A DNA stretch of 64,000 bases from Cetorhinus maximus (GCF_964194155.1 NC_135901.1:4278001-4342000); one strand, 5' to 3'. Shown: positions 37,660-48,615, counted from the stretch's first letter. Made by a program: numbers and translations. Notes: generated by a model from the letters alone, not told the origin.

Positions 37660-37711
37660 ACCTTGCCTTGGCAGAACCATGCTCATGGTCTCTCCCCTGC
37701 CAGGTAAGTAT
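37660..37711 (-). ncRNA. U1 snRNA-derived 5' head of unit A (fragment)
   Basis: ATACTTACCTGGCAGGGGAGAGACCATGA matches 28 of the first 29 nt of human U1 as recalled. Confidence 0.9.
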
Positions 37712-37714
37712 CAG

Positions 37715-37731
37715 GACATTCTCCTGAACCT
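37715..37731 (+). repeat. Right target-site duplication of the Tx1 array
   Basis: Identical to 26300-26316. Confidence 0.92.
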
Positions 37732-37738
37732 GTCCTAA

Positions 37739-38171
37739 ATTCTTTCGAGTTATCAACAGTCACAGATTGCAACTCTTTCGAGTACAATCACAGTTCTTGG
37801 TTTCCGGGAGTGGGACATGAACCCACAACCCTCTGATTCAAAGGCGAGGGTGCTATGGACTGAGCCACAGCTGACACCTCCTCAATTCTTTCGAGTTATC
37901 AACAGTCACAGATTGCAACTCTTTCAAGCACAATCACAGTTCTTGGTTTCCGGGAGTGGGACATGAACCCACAACCCTCTGATTCAAAGGCGAGGGTGCT
38001 ATGAACTGAGCCACAGCTGACACCTCAAAAATTCTTTCGAGTTATCAACAGTCACAGATTGCAACTCTTTCGAGTACAATCACAGTTCTTGGTTTCCGGG
38101 AGTGGGACATGAACCCACAACCCTCTGATTCAAAGGCGAGGGTGTTATGGACTGAGCCACAGCTGACACCC
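37739..38171 (-). mobile_element. Three head-to-tail copies of a 140-bp tRNA-headed mini-SINE within one 12-bp TSD
   Basis: Units at about 37739-37879, 37884-38025 and 38030-38170. AACCTGTCCTAA at 37727-37738 and 38172-38183. A-box-like TGGCTCAGT and B-box-like GGTTCATGTCC. Confidence 0.9.
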
Positions 38172-38419
38172 AACCTGTCCTAACCCTTCTGCCAGTTCAC
38201 TTATTGGAAACAGGGACTCTCCTTGTTTTAATGTTAACACTCCATGTCTCCCCAGTTATTCATTTAAGTCAGCCCATGAATTGTTTGTGCATTGTTTCAT
38301 CATGTTCCCACATTTCATTAACAAATGTTGAAACGTTTGCTTCGCACCCACAGGGTTTCATCTGTTTAAAGCCACAAATAAAGGTCCAGTTTTCTCCTGG
38401 AGGTTGAGACAAATCAGCT

Positions 38420-38845
38420 TTCAAAATGATGCAGAGTTTCAGCCAATGAGGGACATCCGAATTCAACCCCGCCCCTCATTCACTCTGATTGGTTGGAGGA
38501 TCACACGCTCACGATTGGACCTCCAGGTCCGCCCGCTCTTCCTATTGGTCCGGAGTCTCCGTCAATCCACCGGGCACTGTGATCTGGAGCATGCGCAGTG
38601 TGGGTAATGGCGGAGGACAGAGGCTTGTTTGTCGGATCCACAGGAGGTAAGATAAAGGGTGGAGTGCAGGGAGAAATAGAGCCGGTGGGTGGACGGGGAG
38701 CGTTCATAAGCACTTGATGCGGGTCTGAACCCTAAATAAGAAACTATCTGCGGGGCGAAGGCTGCGGGATCGCGTCTCCAACAAAAGGCCCGGGTTAACG
38801 GCCGCCATCTTGAGCGGGGTTAATGTGCAGCAGGGCGCATGCGTG
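38420..38845 (+). promoter_or_regulatory. CpG-rich promoter / first exon region of ZNF-E
   Basis: Four CCAAT/ATTGG boxes, two GC boxes, GCATGCGCA at 38589-38597, donor gag|gtaaga near 38647, YY1 GCCGCCATCTT at 38800-38810. Confidence 0.75.
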
Positions 38846-39711
38846 GTCATCCCTGTCAGCAGGAGGAGAGAATGTTGTGCATTTCTATCCTGGACTGACG
38901 GGGATGGGTTTTGGAAACTCCTTTTATAGGGAATTGGAAGGGGAGGATTTACACACAGCCATTCAAAGCAAAGATCACATTAAGATCTGACTCAAGTCAC
39001 TCGATTCATCAGGACCTGGATATTATCGGTCTTTGAGTTTAAGCATTGAGTTCCAGGTCATTAACACTCAATGTGTGAAATTTCTTCCTCACATTCCCCC
39101 TGTAGATCTTACCCTAAATCTTAAATCTGTGTCTGTGATACTTTTATGATTAGCTAATACCTTATGTATTTTTCATTCACAGGATGTGGGCTTTGCTGGA
39201 TGGGCCAGCATTTATTGCCCATCCCTAGTTTCCTTTGAGAAGGTGGTGGTGAGCTGGCCCTTCTTGGTGGTGGAGGTTCAGGGTTTTGAGTTTCTGTCAA
39301 AATTCTGGTTGAGTTGTAATCCCTCTTTTTCAACCGTTCCCTCTCCCACCCCGACCCTTCTCTCTCTTCCTGTCTTCTCCCATCTAGGCCTGTGCCTTGT
39401 GTAGGCCCAGACTGGGTGGCAGATTCCCTTCCCTGAAGGACATGTGAACCAGTTGGGTTTTTATGACAATCCAGCAGTTTTCATGGTCACTTTTCCCTGG
39501 TGCCGGCCCCACAAATTACCAGATTCATTCAGCTCAATTTCACAACCTGTTTTTGTGGGTTCTCTCTCACTCCCTTTTCTCTGTTTTAAATCAATTTCAC
39601 AGGGTATTAGAAGGGGAGGATTTGCAGTTGGGAAACTGAAACCAAACATCACATCAGGATCTGACAGAGTTGCCCAGTTTATCATCACCCAGATATCATC
39701 GGAAGTTGAAC

Positions 39712-40833
39712 ATGGAAGGAAAAAGCACCGTTCACAGTGGGGAGAAACCGTACACGTGTTCTGTGTGTGGACGAGGCTTCAACCGATCATCTAATCTGTT
39801 GAAACATAAATGCAGTCACAACAGGGAGAAACTGTGGAAATGTGGGGACTGTGGGAAGGGATTTAATTACCCATCAGAGCTGGAAAATCATCAACGAATT
39901 CACACTGGGGAGAGGCCATTCACCTGCCCTGAGTGTAGGAAGAGATTTACTTGTTCGTCCAGCCTGCTGAAACATCGGCGAGTTCACACTGGGGAGAGGC
40001 CGTTCACCTGCTCCGAGTGTGGGAAGGGATTTGCTCGGTCATCCACCCTGCTGACACACCAGCGAGTTCACACTGACGAGAGACCTTTCAAATGCCCAGA
40101 CTGCGGGAAGTGCTTTAAAAGTCCCCGGGAACTGACTGCCCATCAACGTGTTCACACTGATGAGAGGCCATTCAGGTGCTCGCACTGTGGGACTGGGTTC
40201 AAGACATTATTTCACCTCACTGTTCACCAGCGAATTCACACTGGGGAGAGCCCATTCACCTGCTCCAAGTGTGGGAAGGGATTTGCTAACGCATCCACCC
40301 TGCTGAATCACCAGAGTGTTCACACTGACGAGAGACCTTTCAAATGTCCAGACTGTGGGAAGTGCTTTAAAAGTTCCGGGGACCTGATGATCCATCAACG
40401 TGTTCACACCGATGAGAGACCGTTCAGGTGCTCTCACTGCGGGACTGGGTTCAGACAATCATCTCAACTCATTGTACACCAGCGAATTCACAATGGGGAG
40501 AGACCATTCACCTGCTCAGAGTGTGGGATGGGATTCACTCGCTTATCCATCCTGTTGACACACCAGCGCACGCACACTGGGGAGAGGCCATTCACCTGCT
40601 CTGAGTGTGGGAGGGGATTCACAACCACATCCTCCCTGCTGAGACACCGGCGAGTTCACACTGGGGAGAGGCCATTCAGCTGCCCCGAGTGTGGGAGGGG
40701 ATTCACAACCACATCCTCCCTGCTGAGACACCGGCAAGTTCACACTGGGGAGAGGCCATTCACTTGCCCCGAGTGTGGGAGGGGATTCATAACCTCATCC
40801 AAACTGCTGAAACATCAGCGAGTTCACAAGTGA
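39712..40833 (+). CDS. C2H2 zinc-finger protein (ZNF-E), 13 fingers
   Basis: ATG (MEGK) at 39712 within ORF 39670-40833; acceptor tttcacag|ggtattag near 39602; AATAAA at about 40900. Confidence 0.9.
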   Translation: MEGKSTVHSGEKPYTCSVCGRGFNRSSNLLKHKCSHNREKLWKCGDCGKGFNYPSELENHQRIHTGERPFTCPECRKRFTCSSSLLKHRRVHTGERPFTCSECGKGFARSSTLLTHQRVHTDERPFKCPDCGKCFKSPRELTAHQRVHTDERPFRCSHCGTGFKTLFHLTVHQRIHTGESPFTCSKCGKGFANASTLLNHQSVHTDERPFKCPDCGKCFKSSGDLMIHQRVHTDERPFRCSHCGTGFRQSSQLIVHQRIHNGERPFTCSECGMGFTRLSILLTHQRTHTGERPFTCSECGRGFTTTSSLLRHRRVHTGERPFSCPECGRGFTTTSSLLRHRQVHTGERPFTCPECGRGFITSSKLLKHQRVHK

Positions 40834-41019
40834 TTGGGTTTTTCTGTTAATCACATCCAGGACTGAACTGTGCCCATTTGGTCTGTTTCTGCTGATGTTA
40901 ATAAACTCCAGTCCAATTAATATTCTGGATAAAGTCAAATAAATCAGCTTTGTGTTAAACTTGCACCGTGTTGAGTCTTTTTAATATCTCTAACACAAAT
41001 TAGTTCCTTTTGAAGTGCT

Positions 41020-41730
41020 CTCCCTCTCTGTCTCCTTCATCCACACCTCCAACAACAAGTGTGAGGAGCTCATGGAGCTTCTTTGTCACTAAGATTGAGA
41101 CAATCCGATCAGCTGCTTCCCTCCTTCCACTGGCCCACCGGGCCAAACTCTTTCTAAAGCTTCCCCCCTGCCCCTTGCCCTGAATCTGTTTTTCTCCCGT
41201 TTCGCCCCTCTCCCACTTCTTGCCGTCTCAGAGCTCATCTTGTCAATGAGACCTGCCTTCTGCTGCCTTGACCCTATTCTCACGAAACTGCTGACCATCC
41301 ATTTTCTCTATGTTAGCTGATATTGTTAACGGTTCTTTCTCATATCTGTCCCTCTTGCCTTAAAATCCACCACCATCACCCTCCTGAGAAGAAACAAACC
41401 TTTATCCCACCATCTTTACAAACTACCACCCCATCTCCAAACTCCCTTTTCTCCACAAAGTCCTTGAACTTGGTGTCCCCCAAGGATCTATCCTTGGCCC
41501 CTCCTATTTCTCATCTACCCGCTGCCACTAGGTGACATCACCCAAAAGCACCGTGTTAGTTTTCACATGTACACTGACAATGCCCAGCTCTACCTCACCA
41601 CCATCCCTCTCCATTCCTCCACTGTTACTAAATTATCAAACTGTTTATCTGACACCAAGTACTGAATGAGCAGGAATTATCTCCAATCAAAATTTGGGAA
41701 GACCAAAGCTATTGTCTTCAGTCACCACTT
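41020..41730 (+). mobile_element. L2-clade LINE fragment (continues at 42705-42830)
   Basis: GVPQGSILGPLLF and YTDNAQLY (YADDTQLY-like) remnants. Confidence 0.7.
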
Positions 41731-41735
41731 TGAAT

Positions 41736-42702
41736 TGTCAAGGAACTATCAGATTTTTTTCTGATATTATTGTGGGATATTGTGAAACAAGCTTATGGTT
41801 CTGTGTGTGTGTGGCTAATTTAATTAACTAAAGACAATTAGACTGCAAGGTTTAAATTATCAAAGGAGTGAGTTGTAAAAGAAGCATTTGAAATGGGGAT
41901 GAGTGAGCTGGAATGAGGTCTCAGTGGATAAGGTGTGAAGGTAATTTATATGTTTAGATAAAGAAGGAGTTGTTTGATTTTCAAAGGGATGGTGTAATGT
42001 TTACAACTGACAAGATAAGTCAGGCAAAGTGATTGCATTCGTTTTTCCCAGAAGTGCTGGCCATAATAACAACGTGAAAGATTTTTATATTCTGGGAAAA
42101 GTAACTTTGAAAGAGAAACAATGGGATTTACAAATCAAAAGGTATAAAATATATTTAAAGAAGGATGGAAGGTTGTGTGGGGTATGGCCATGTGAGAACT
42201 TGAAAGGTGCAACGTGTGAAACAGACTTGGGGGGGGGGGGGAAAAGCCTCAAGCTACCCTCCAGAAGTTTGCTGTTCCAGTAACCAAGGTTGTGTTAAAA
42301 GCCGTTGGAATTTCACTGTCGAGTGGGTGCTAGTGGTAATAGTATTGAATGTGTTTATAAATTGGGAATCTATTTGGGCTGTTGCCTTAAAGGAAGTGTG
42401 TAGTTGGTAGTCTGGTTAAGTATGAATTTTGCGAAATGCTATAAGATTAAGTAACTGTGTAACCGTGATTTTGTGTGTGCGTGTTTAAGTTTTTTCTTAT
42501 TTTTATTTTCTTAAGTTTTTATTAAAGTTAATAAATACTTTAAATTAATCTTTAAAATCTCTGAAGGTGGCTGTGGACTCATTACTTCTGACTTCAGTGC
42601 ACAAGCCTCCTTGTAATAAATGCAAATAGAAAAATCATTGTGATAGTTTGGCCAAGTCTCCCTTGTGGATTTGATCAGCCTGGAAAATTCTGTTCCATAA
42701 CG
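41736..42702 (+). mobile_element. Candidate solo LTR inserted in the L2 fragment
   Basis: Starts TGTCAAGG and ends CCATAAC(G); TATAAAA near 42143 and AATAAA near 42531; interrupts colinear L2 sequence. No clear TSD. Confidence 0.45.
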
Positions 42703-42844
42703 GCCGTGTGCATCCCTCTCCCTGGGAACTGTCTGAGGCTCAACCACACTGTTCACAATCCTGGTGTCAGATTTAACCCCAAGATAAGTTTCTGACCACA
42801 TATCCGCACCATCACTAACACCAGATATTCCACCCCACCCCAGC

Positions 42845-43045
42845 TCATGTGGGACACTTGCCTTTATTAGCCGAGACACAGAATATAAGAGCAGGGAGGT
42901 TATGTTGGAGTGTATACAATGTGAGTTAGGCCACAGCTGGAGTGCTGTGTGCAATTCTGGTCACCAAACTATAGGAAGGATGTGATTGCACTGGAGAGGG
43001 TGCAGAGGGGATTCACCAGGATGTTGCCTGGGCTGGAGCGTTTCA
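42845..43045 (+). mobile_element. CR1 fragment
   Basis: Homologous to 6930-7110. Confidence 0.75.
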
Positions 43046-43348
43046 GCCAGACCTGACTTGATTTATGGGAGCTCAATATCATCAGCCTTTGAACTAGAAA
43101 GAGAAATGTTTGTTCTGTCTGCTTCAACAGATTTTAAACGTCACTGTGTCTGGAAAATCACCAAGAAGCTCGTGTACACACATGTGCGAGAGTTCCAATG
43201 CACTGACTGTGGAGAAAACTTTAACCAGATACACAGACTGAAGAAACATTGCACCATTCACAGCCAGGAGAGACCGAACACGTGTACTGTTTGTGGATGA
43301 GGCTTCAGTTAAACATCTTACCTCAAGGAATGCAAGGACACCTGAACC

Positions 43349-44107
43349 ATGGAGAAACCATGCAAATGTGGGGAATGTGGGAAGGGATTCCGGTCCCCAT
43401 CTGCACTGGAATCTCATCGCCGCATTCACACTGGGGAGAGGCCGTTCACCTGCTCTGATTGTGGAAAGGGATTCACTCAGTTATCCCACCTGCAGATACA
43501 CCAGCGACTTCACACCGGGGAGAGGCCGTTCACCTGCTCTGATTGTGGGAAGGGATTCACTAACTCTTCCAATCTGCGGACACACCAGCGAGTTCACACG
43601 GGGGAGAGACCGTTCACCTGCTCCATATGTGGGAAAGGTTTCAGTGATTCATCCAGCTTGCTGATACACCAGCGAGTTCATACTGGGGACAAATCATTCA
43701 ACTGCTCTGTATGTGGGAAGCAATTCAGTCGATTATGCAACCTTCTGCGACACCAGCGAGCTCACACTGGGGAGAGGCCGTTCACCTGCTCTGAGTGTGG
43801 GAAGGGATTTGCTGATCCATCCATCTTGCAGAAGCACCGGCGAGTTCACACTGGGGAGAGGCCATTCAGCTGCTCCATGTGTGGGAAGGGTTTCACTCAG
43901 TTAACCAACATGCTGACACACCAGCGAGTTCACACTGGGGAGCGGCCTTTCATCTGCTGTGAGTGTGGGAAGGGATTCAGTGATTCATCCACCCTACTGC
44001 GACACCAGGGTGTTCACACTGGGGAGAGGCCGTTCACCTGCTCCATGTGTGGGAAACGATTCACTCGGTCATCTCACCTGCTGAGACACCAGCGAGTTCA
44101 CCAGTAA
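43349..44107 (+). CDS. C2H2 zinc-finger protein (ZNF-F), 9 fingers
   Basis: Intact 252-aa ORF from MEKPCKC. The usual acceptor and promoter are not visible upstream. Confidence 0.8.
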   Translation: MEKPCKCGECGKGFRSPSALESHRRIHTGERPFTCSDCGKGFTQLSHLQIHQRLHTGERPFTCSDCGKGFTNSSNLRTHQRVHTGERPFTCSICGKGFSDSSSLLIHQRVHTGDKSFNCSVCGKQFSRLCNLLRHQRAHTGERPFTCSECGKGFADPSILQKHRRVHTGERPFSCSMCGKGFTQLTNMLTHQRVHTGERPFICCECGKGFSDSSTLLRHQGVHTGERPFTCSMCGKRFTRSSHLLRHQRVHQ

Positions 44108-44304
44108 TTACAGGGGTTGGATTCTGCTGTGATTGCTGCTGTCAATCACATTCAAGACTGAACCATGTTCATTCTGACAGTTGGTGAAGTGGGAGGGTCA
44201 AAGGGTTTCTTTCTGCTGTACTGGCCAGTCTTACAACTTTGTTTCCAGTGGTCTGGAAGTGCACATTTCCACTGAAATGTTCCACAGAAGCTGATGAAGG
44301 TCAT

Positions 44305-44560
44305 TTATTGCTGCAAAAAGAGACATGCTCTTGAAGTTTTCATATTGCACTTATCAGGACAAACACAAGAACACCAAATTTCAAAGGGAGCAACTATTTA
44401 TACTATGTGAGAAAAGGGTGCTGATTAGTTGGCAAGTCAGTTGCGACTGGTCAAGTCGTTGCCATGGAGAATTCACCAGAAAGCTCGTGACCTCAGCATT
44501 TAGTTGGATTCAAAAATGTTGCAATGCCTGGACATGTCCATTTTGGCTTCAGAGTATCAG
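44305..44560 (-). mobile_element. Second Penelope-like repeat family with decayed hammerhead motif
   Basis: Homologous to 51062-51425; motif at 44329-44361. Confidence 0.55.
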
Positions 44561-46534
44561 AGCTTTATGATGGTCCAATGTCACTTCCCTGCTTTTTTAC
44601 TCAATGACCTGGATTTTCAGAGTCAGAAAGACTCACCTACCTTCAAAAATTGTGGGTGGGACCCGGATGCGGAAGTCCCACTCCCATTTTTCACAGATCC
44701 AATTTTTGCCAGTAGGGGACAGGGGCAGGGCTTGATTCACACCCAAGTTGAACCTGAACTCAGCAGAGCCATCTGAACTCAGCACTGAGTTCAAACAGGC
44801 ACCATTTTGCCTTCTGCAAGGGAGTTAACTCATAGTGTGAAAGTCACGACTTTATGGAGTAGACGTAAAGACTCTTGTTGGGTGGATAGGGTCTGTTTAA
44901 CTGTCATGATTGAAAGTCTTTTTTAAAATCCCCTGCTCTCCTGACTTCGTCTGCAGCTGTCAGTGTAAGTGAAAAAGATAGTTGGCTGTACAATGTAGCA
45001 TCAGTCCCAGCAGTTTCAGTAATTGCTGGCATTTCCCTAAGGGCTATTTATGAATGCTTGGCTGACTTCCAAAACCTACAGTCATCTCAGCAGCTGTTCT
45101 GAGTCCACACTTTGACAACTTAAAGAGACCATTAAGGGTTTAGCTGCCTTTGAAGTGGTATGGACAGAAGTATGTTGGTTTTTATATGAGATTAACCAAA
45201 AGTTTTGAATAAGGTTGCAAGAATGGGAGTTTTGTTTAAAAATAGTGAAGGCTGTTTTAGATTTTTAGAACTTTATTTTAATTAATCTCAACCTGGCTCC
45301 TGGGGTCTGCCCATAGTGAATAATGTGAGTTGGGATGTAGGGTAAAAGGGGCGATGGGGGATCCATGCCAGGGCAAGAGTTGGCATGAGCGGGCATGGAG
45401 TACATAAGGGCCTTGGGGTGGAATGGGGGCTTGCAATTGGCTCACTTGCAATTAGTGAGGAGGAATTGTGTTGGGCTGCTGCCCCTGGTGGGTGGGCAAT
45501 TATTCCAAATAATCATGTCTATTAATTTATTTTTAAAACATTCTCTTGGCATGTGGGTGCCACTGGCGAGGACCAGAGATTCCAAAAGGTTACAATGCAA
45601 CTGGGATAAAGTCCCAGAGATGGAGGCAGGCCTTTTAACCAGCCCACCTCAGTGCTCGGGCATCCTGTTAGCCGCCTAAGCTCCGATTCCAGTGGCACAG
45701 CAACCAACTCCATCCATAACCGCCCACCTCAAAGCACCACCCCCCTCCCCCCGCCCCCGAGTGAAGATCACAACATTTGGGAACCTTTAAATCGAGGCAG
45801 GTCCGGCAATTGGAAAATTTCCAGATCCAAGCTACCCACCTCGGTACCCAAGATCCAACCCAAGCTCTCTATTTCTGAAGCTCAAGATCCCACATGCTTT
45901 GCTAATTCCTCTCTCACTGTGTCCTGCCACCTTCAAAGATCGCTGCACATGAACCCCCAGGTCCCTCTGTCTCTGCTCACTCTTTGGAACTGTGCCATGA
46001 CATCTGTGTTGCCTCTACCTGTTCCTTCTGCCAAATTACATCACCTCAACTTTCCCTGTATTAAACTCCATCTGCCACTTCAGAGAATGTGAAGGGGAGA
46101 TTGAAGTGTTAAACTAAACATACAGAGAAGAGGAGGCACTGATTGCTTTAATATGTCACCCACATTTGAAGATCCTTTAAATGCACATGAGGCTCATAGA
46201 GCACAGTAGGAGGCAATTGGAGGCTCTTTCCAATTAATCCCATTGCCCTGCAATTTTCTTTTTCTTTCAAGAATCTGTCCAGTTCCCTTTTGAACGATAC
46301 AGTTGAATTTACTTCCAGTCAGTTTTGAGGCAGTGGATTCCAAATCGTAACAACTCGCTGTGTTTTTAAAACAAATAATTCCTCATCTTGTGTGTGGTGT
46401 ATTTGGACTTTCAAAAAGCATTCGGAAAGCTGTCAACCAGGAGGTTCATACACAAAATGAGGTCTCAATCCTTATGAATGATCTAGATGAGGGACTGAGT
46501 GTAATGTGTCCAAATTTGCTGACAATGAAACAAG

Positions 46535-46745
46535 GATTTGCATTTCTATAGCGCCTTTCACAACCACAGGATGTTTCAAAGCCTTTTACAGCCACTTTTG
46601 AAATGTAGTCACTGTTGTAATGTAGGAAACTCGGCAGCCAATTTGCACACGGCAAGGTCCCACAAACAGAAATGTGATAATGACCCAAATGATATGTTTG
46701 TGGTTATGTTGACTGAAGGATAAATGTTGGCCCAAGACACCAGGG
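46535..46745 (-). mobile_element. DeuSINE-like (SacSINE1/AmnSINE-related) 3' part
   Basis: Homologous to 52225-52440. Confidence 0.6.
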
Positions 46746-47154
46746 ATCAAGGCCCGGGAGAGTGGGGTTCAGACAGTGCCAAACAGCAGGGCCTGGGATG
46801 TTATGGGTGGGGGAGGTGAGTAGGTGTGGTCTGGGCTCATTGTTTCAAACAGTTTTGCATCATCCTCACTGAGCAGCCAGAGCTACAAACCTGACAGACC
46901 AGCTTAAAAAACAGATCTGTCAGGCTGAGAGTTCTGATATTTTCGAAGCCAGTCTGTCAGTGTCAGGTCAATTTCACGAGTTGCTGCTGCTGCCTCGAAC
47001 TTCAGGCAGCTTTGCAATTCCAATTTTTTTGAAAAGCCTGCCAGGAAACCACAAAGCTGCCCGAAGGTGAGAAGCAGCAGCAGCAGAAACTGAGAGTTTT
47101 CCTGCTTGAGAAATAGTCAGTCAAATCCCTGTAATTTTACAACCAATTGGATGC

Positions 47155-47510
47155 TGTTGTGGGTAGGGGGTGGGGGGGAGGGGTGGGTGGGAGGAAGGGG
47201 GGGCATGTTTAGAGGGGGTTGGGGGAAGTTTGGAGGGGGTTTGGGGGATGTGGGAGGGGGTTTGGGGGATGTGGGTAGGTTGGAGGGGTGGTTGGGGGTA
47301 GGTTTTGAAAGGGGTTGTGGGGAAGTTTGGGAGTTGGGGAAAGTTTGGAGGGGGGTTGAGGGGTAGGTCAAGGTTTGGAGGGAAGTTGGAGGGATTTGGG
47401 GAAGTTTGGAAGGGGTTGGGGGAAATTTGGAGGGAGGTCAGGGAAGTTTGGTGGAGAAGGGGGGATGGTTGGAGGAGTTCAGGGGAGCTAGAGGGGTTTT
47501 GGGGGTAGAT
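47155..47510 (+). repeat. G-rich low-complexity repeat (GGGGAAGTTTGGA-like units)
   Basis: Many G3-G6 tracts. Confidence 0.8.
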
Positions 47511-48344
47511 TAGGTACAGATTTGAATTGTTTTTGTAAATGTAGCCACTTTGCTAACATCAGTTGATTGCTCGGTGATTAATTATCTTTAAATAATCAGC
47601 ATTGGGCCTCCACTTTCACCATTGCTACTGTCACTCTGCCCACTGCATGCAGTTATAATGAAAGAAAGACAAAACCTACATTTATATAGCACCTTTCACA
47701 ATGTCCTAAATCACTTTCCAGCCAATTCAGCACTTTTGAGTTGTAGTCATTGGTGAAATGTAGAGAATGTTATCTAATGGCGGGGCAGGCTCATGGGGGC
47801 GAATGACCTACTCCTGCTCCTAATACATATGTGTGTATGGAGATAGGTGAGATGAACAGGACTCGATGGCCTTTGTCATCTATAATTATCTTGCGAACAG
47901 AGGGTGGAATCCTGGCTGGAGTTCTGTTTATTTTGTTGCTGGTGAAAGTTTACTGTGAGCAGGATTTGTGGGATGAGATCACCAGGACAGGAGTGCAGAT
48001 TGAGCTCAGAGTGAATCAGTAACCTGTTTTACTGCACATAATTCACAAGAGTCTTTTCCATATACTTCAATCTTATCCTTTTGTCCAGTTACCTGTTATC
48101 CCACTCCATCTTGCTGTTTTTTTCTGAGTTTTTTGAGGTTAGAAATATCGTGATAAAGTTATGGGGCGTTGCAGATATTGAAAATATATTGTGGTGAGAA
48201 GCAGCAATCAGCAGAGTCTTCGGACTTGCTGATGACCAAACAGATACAACTGTGAGCCATTCAGTCTTCGTTCTCTGGCCCCTTAAAAGTTCTGTTGCAC
48301 GGAGAAGCCTGAGAGCCTGGAAACAGGAAAAGCACCGGGGCCCA

Positions 48345-48615
48345 GGATTTCTCTCCCAGTCCCTGCTGGAGATAACTCTTCTGCCCTTCTTCGAAATAGT
48401 GGCTGTGGGTTCTTCTTCGCCCACCTGAGAGGGCAGACAGGGCCTTGGTGTATTGCTCGTCTGAAGGACAGCAGCTCTGACAGTGCAGCACTCTCTCAGT
48501 GCTGGCACCAGGAATGTCAATTTTGATTGTTGTTCTTGGGCCCCTGGATTGGGACTGGAACCAACAACCTTCTGACTCAGAAGTAAGAGTGAGATCCACT
48601 GAGCCACTGCTGACA
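48345..48615 (-). mobile_element. tRNA-headed DeuSINE-like element, 5' part
   Basis: Head gtgtcagcagtggctcagtgg...ggttccagtccc followed by gagtgctgcactgtcagag...gccctctcaggtgg. Confidence 0.65.

Larger units (their letters stand above)
32490..37712 (-). mobile_element. Full-length Tx1-clade retrotransposon, unit A (5.22 kb, U1-derived 5' end)
   Basis: Same organisation as unit C. Confidence 0.95.

Noticed and set aside
37739-38171. Tandem tRNA gene array or CRISPR-like array
   Set aside because: No proper acceptor stem or D arm, no unique spacers, and a dispersed copy with a TSD shows it is a SINE.
44606-45861. Old MITE with inverted ends
   Set aside because: Terminal similarity is weak and no TSD is identifiable.
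47106-47508. Gly-rich and Pro-rich ORFs
   Set aside because: Products of low-complexity G-rich DNA.
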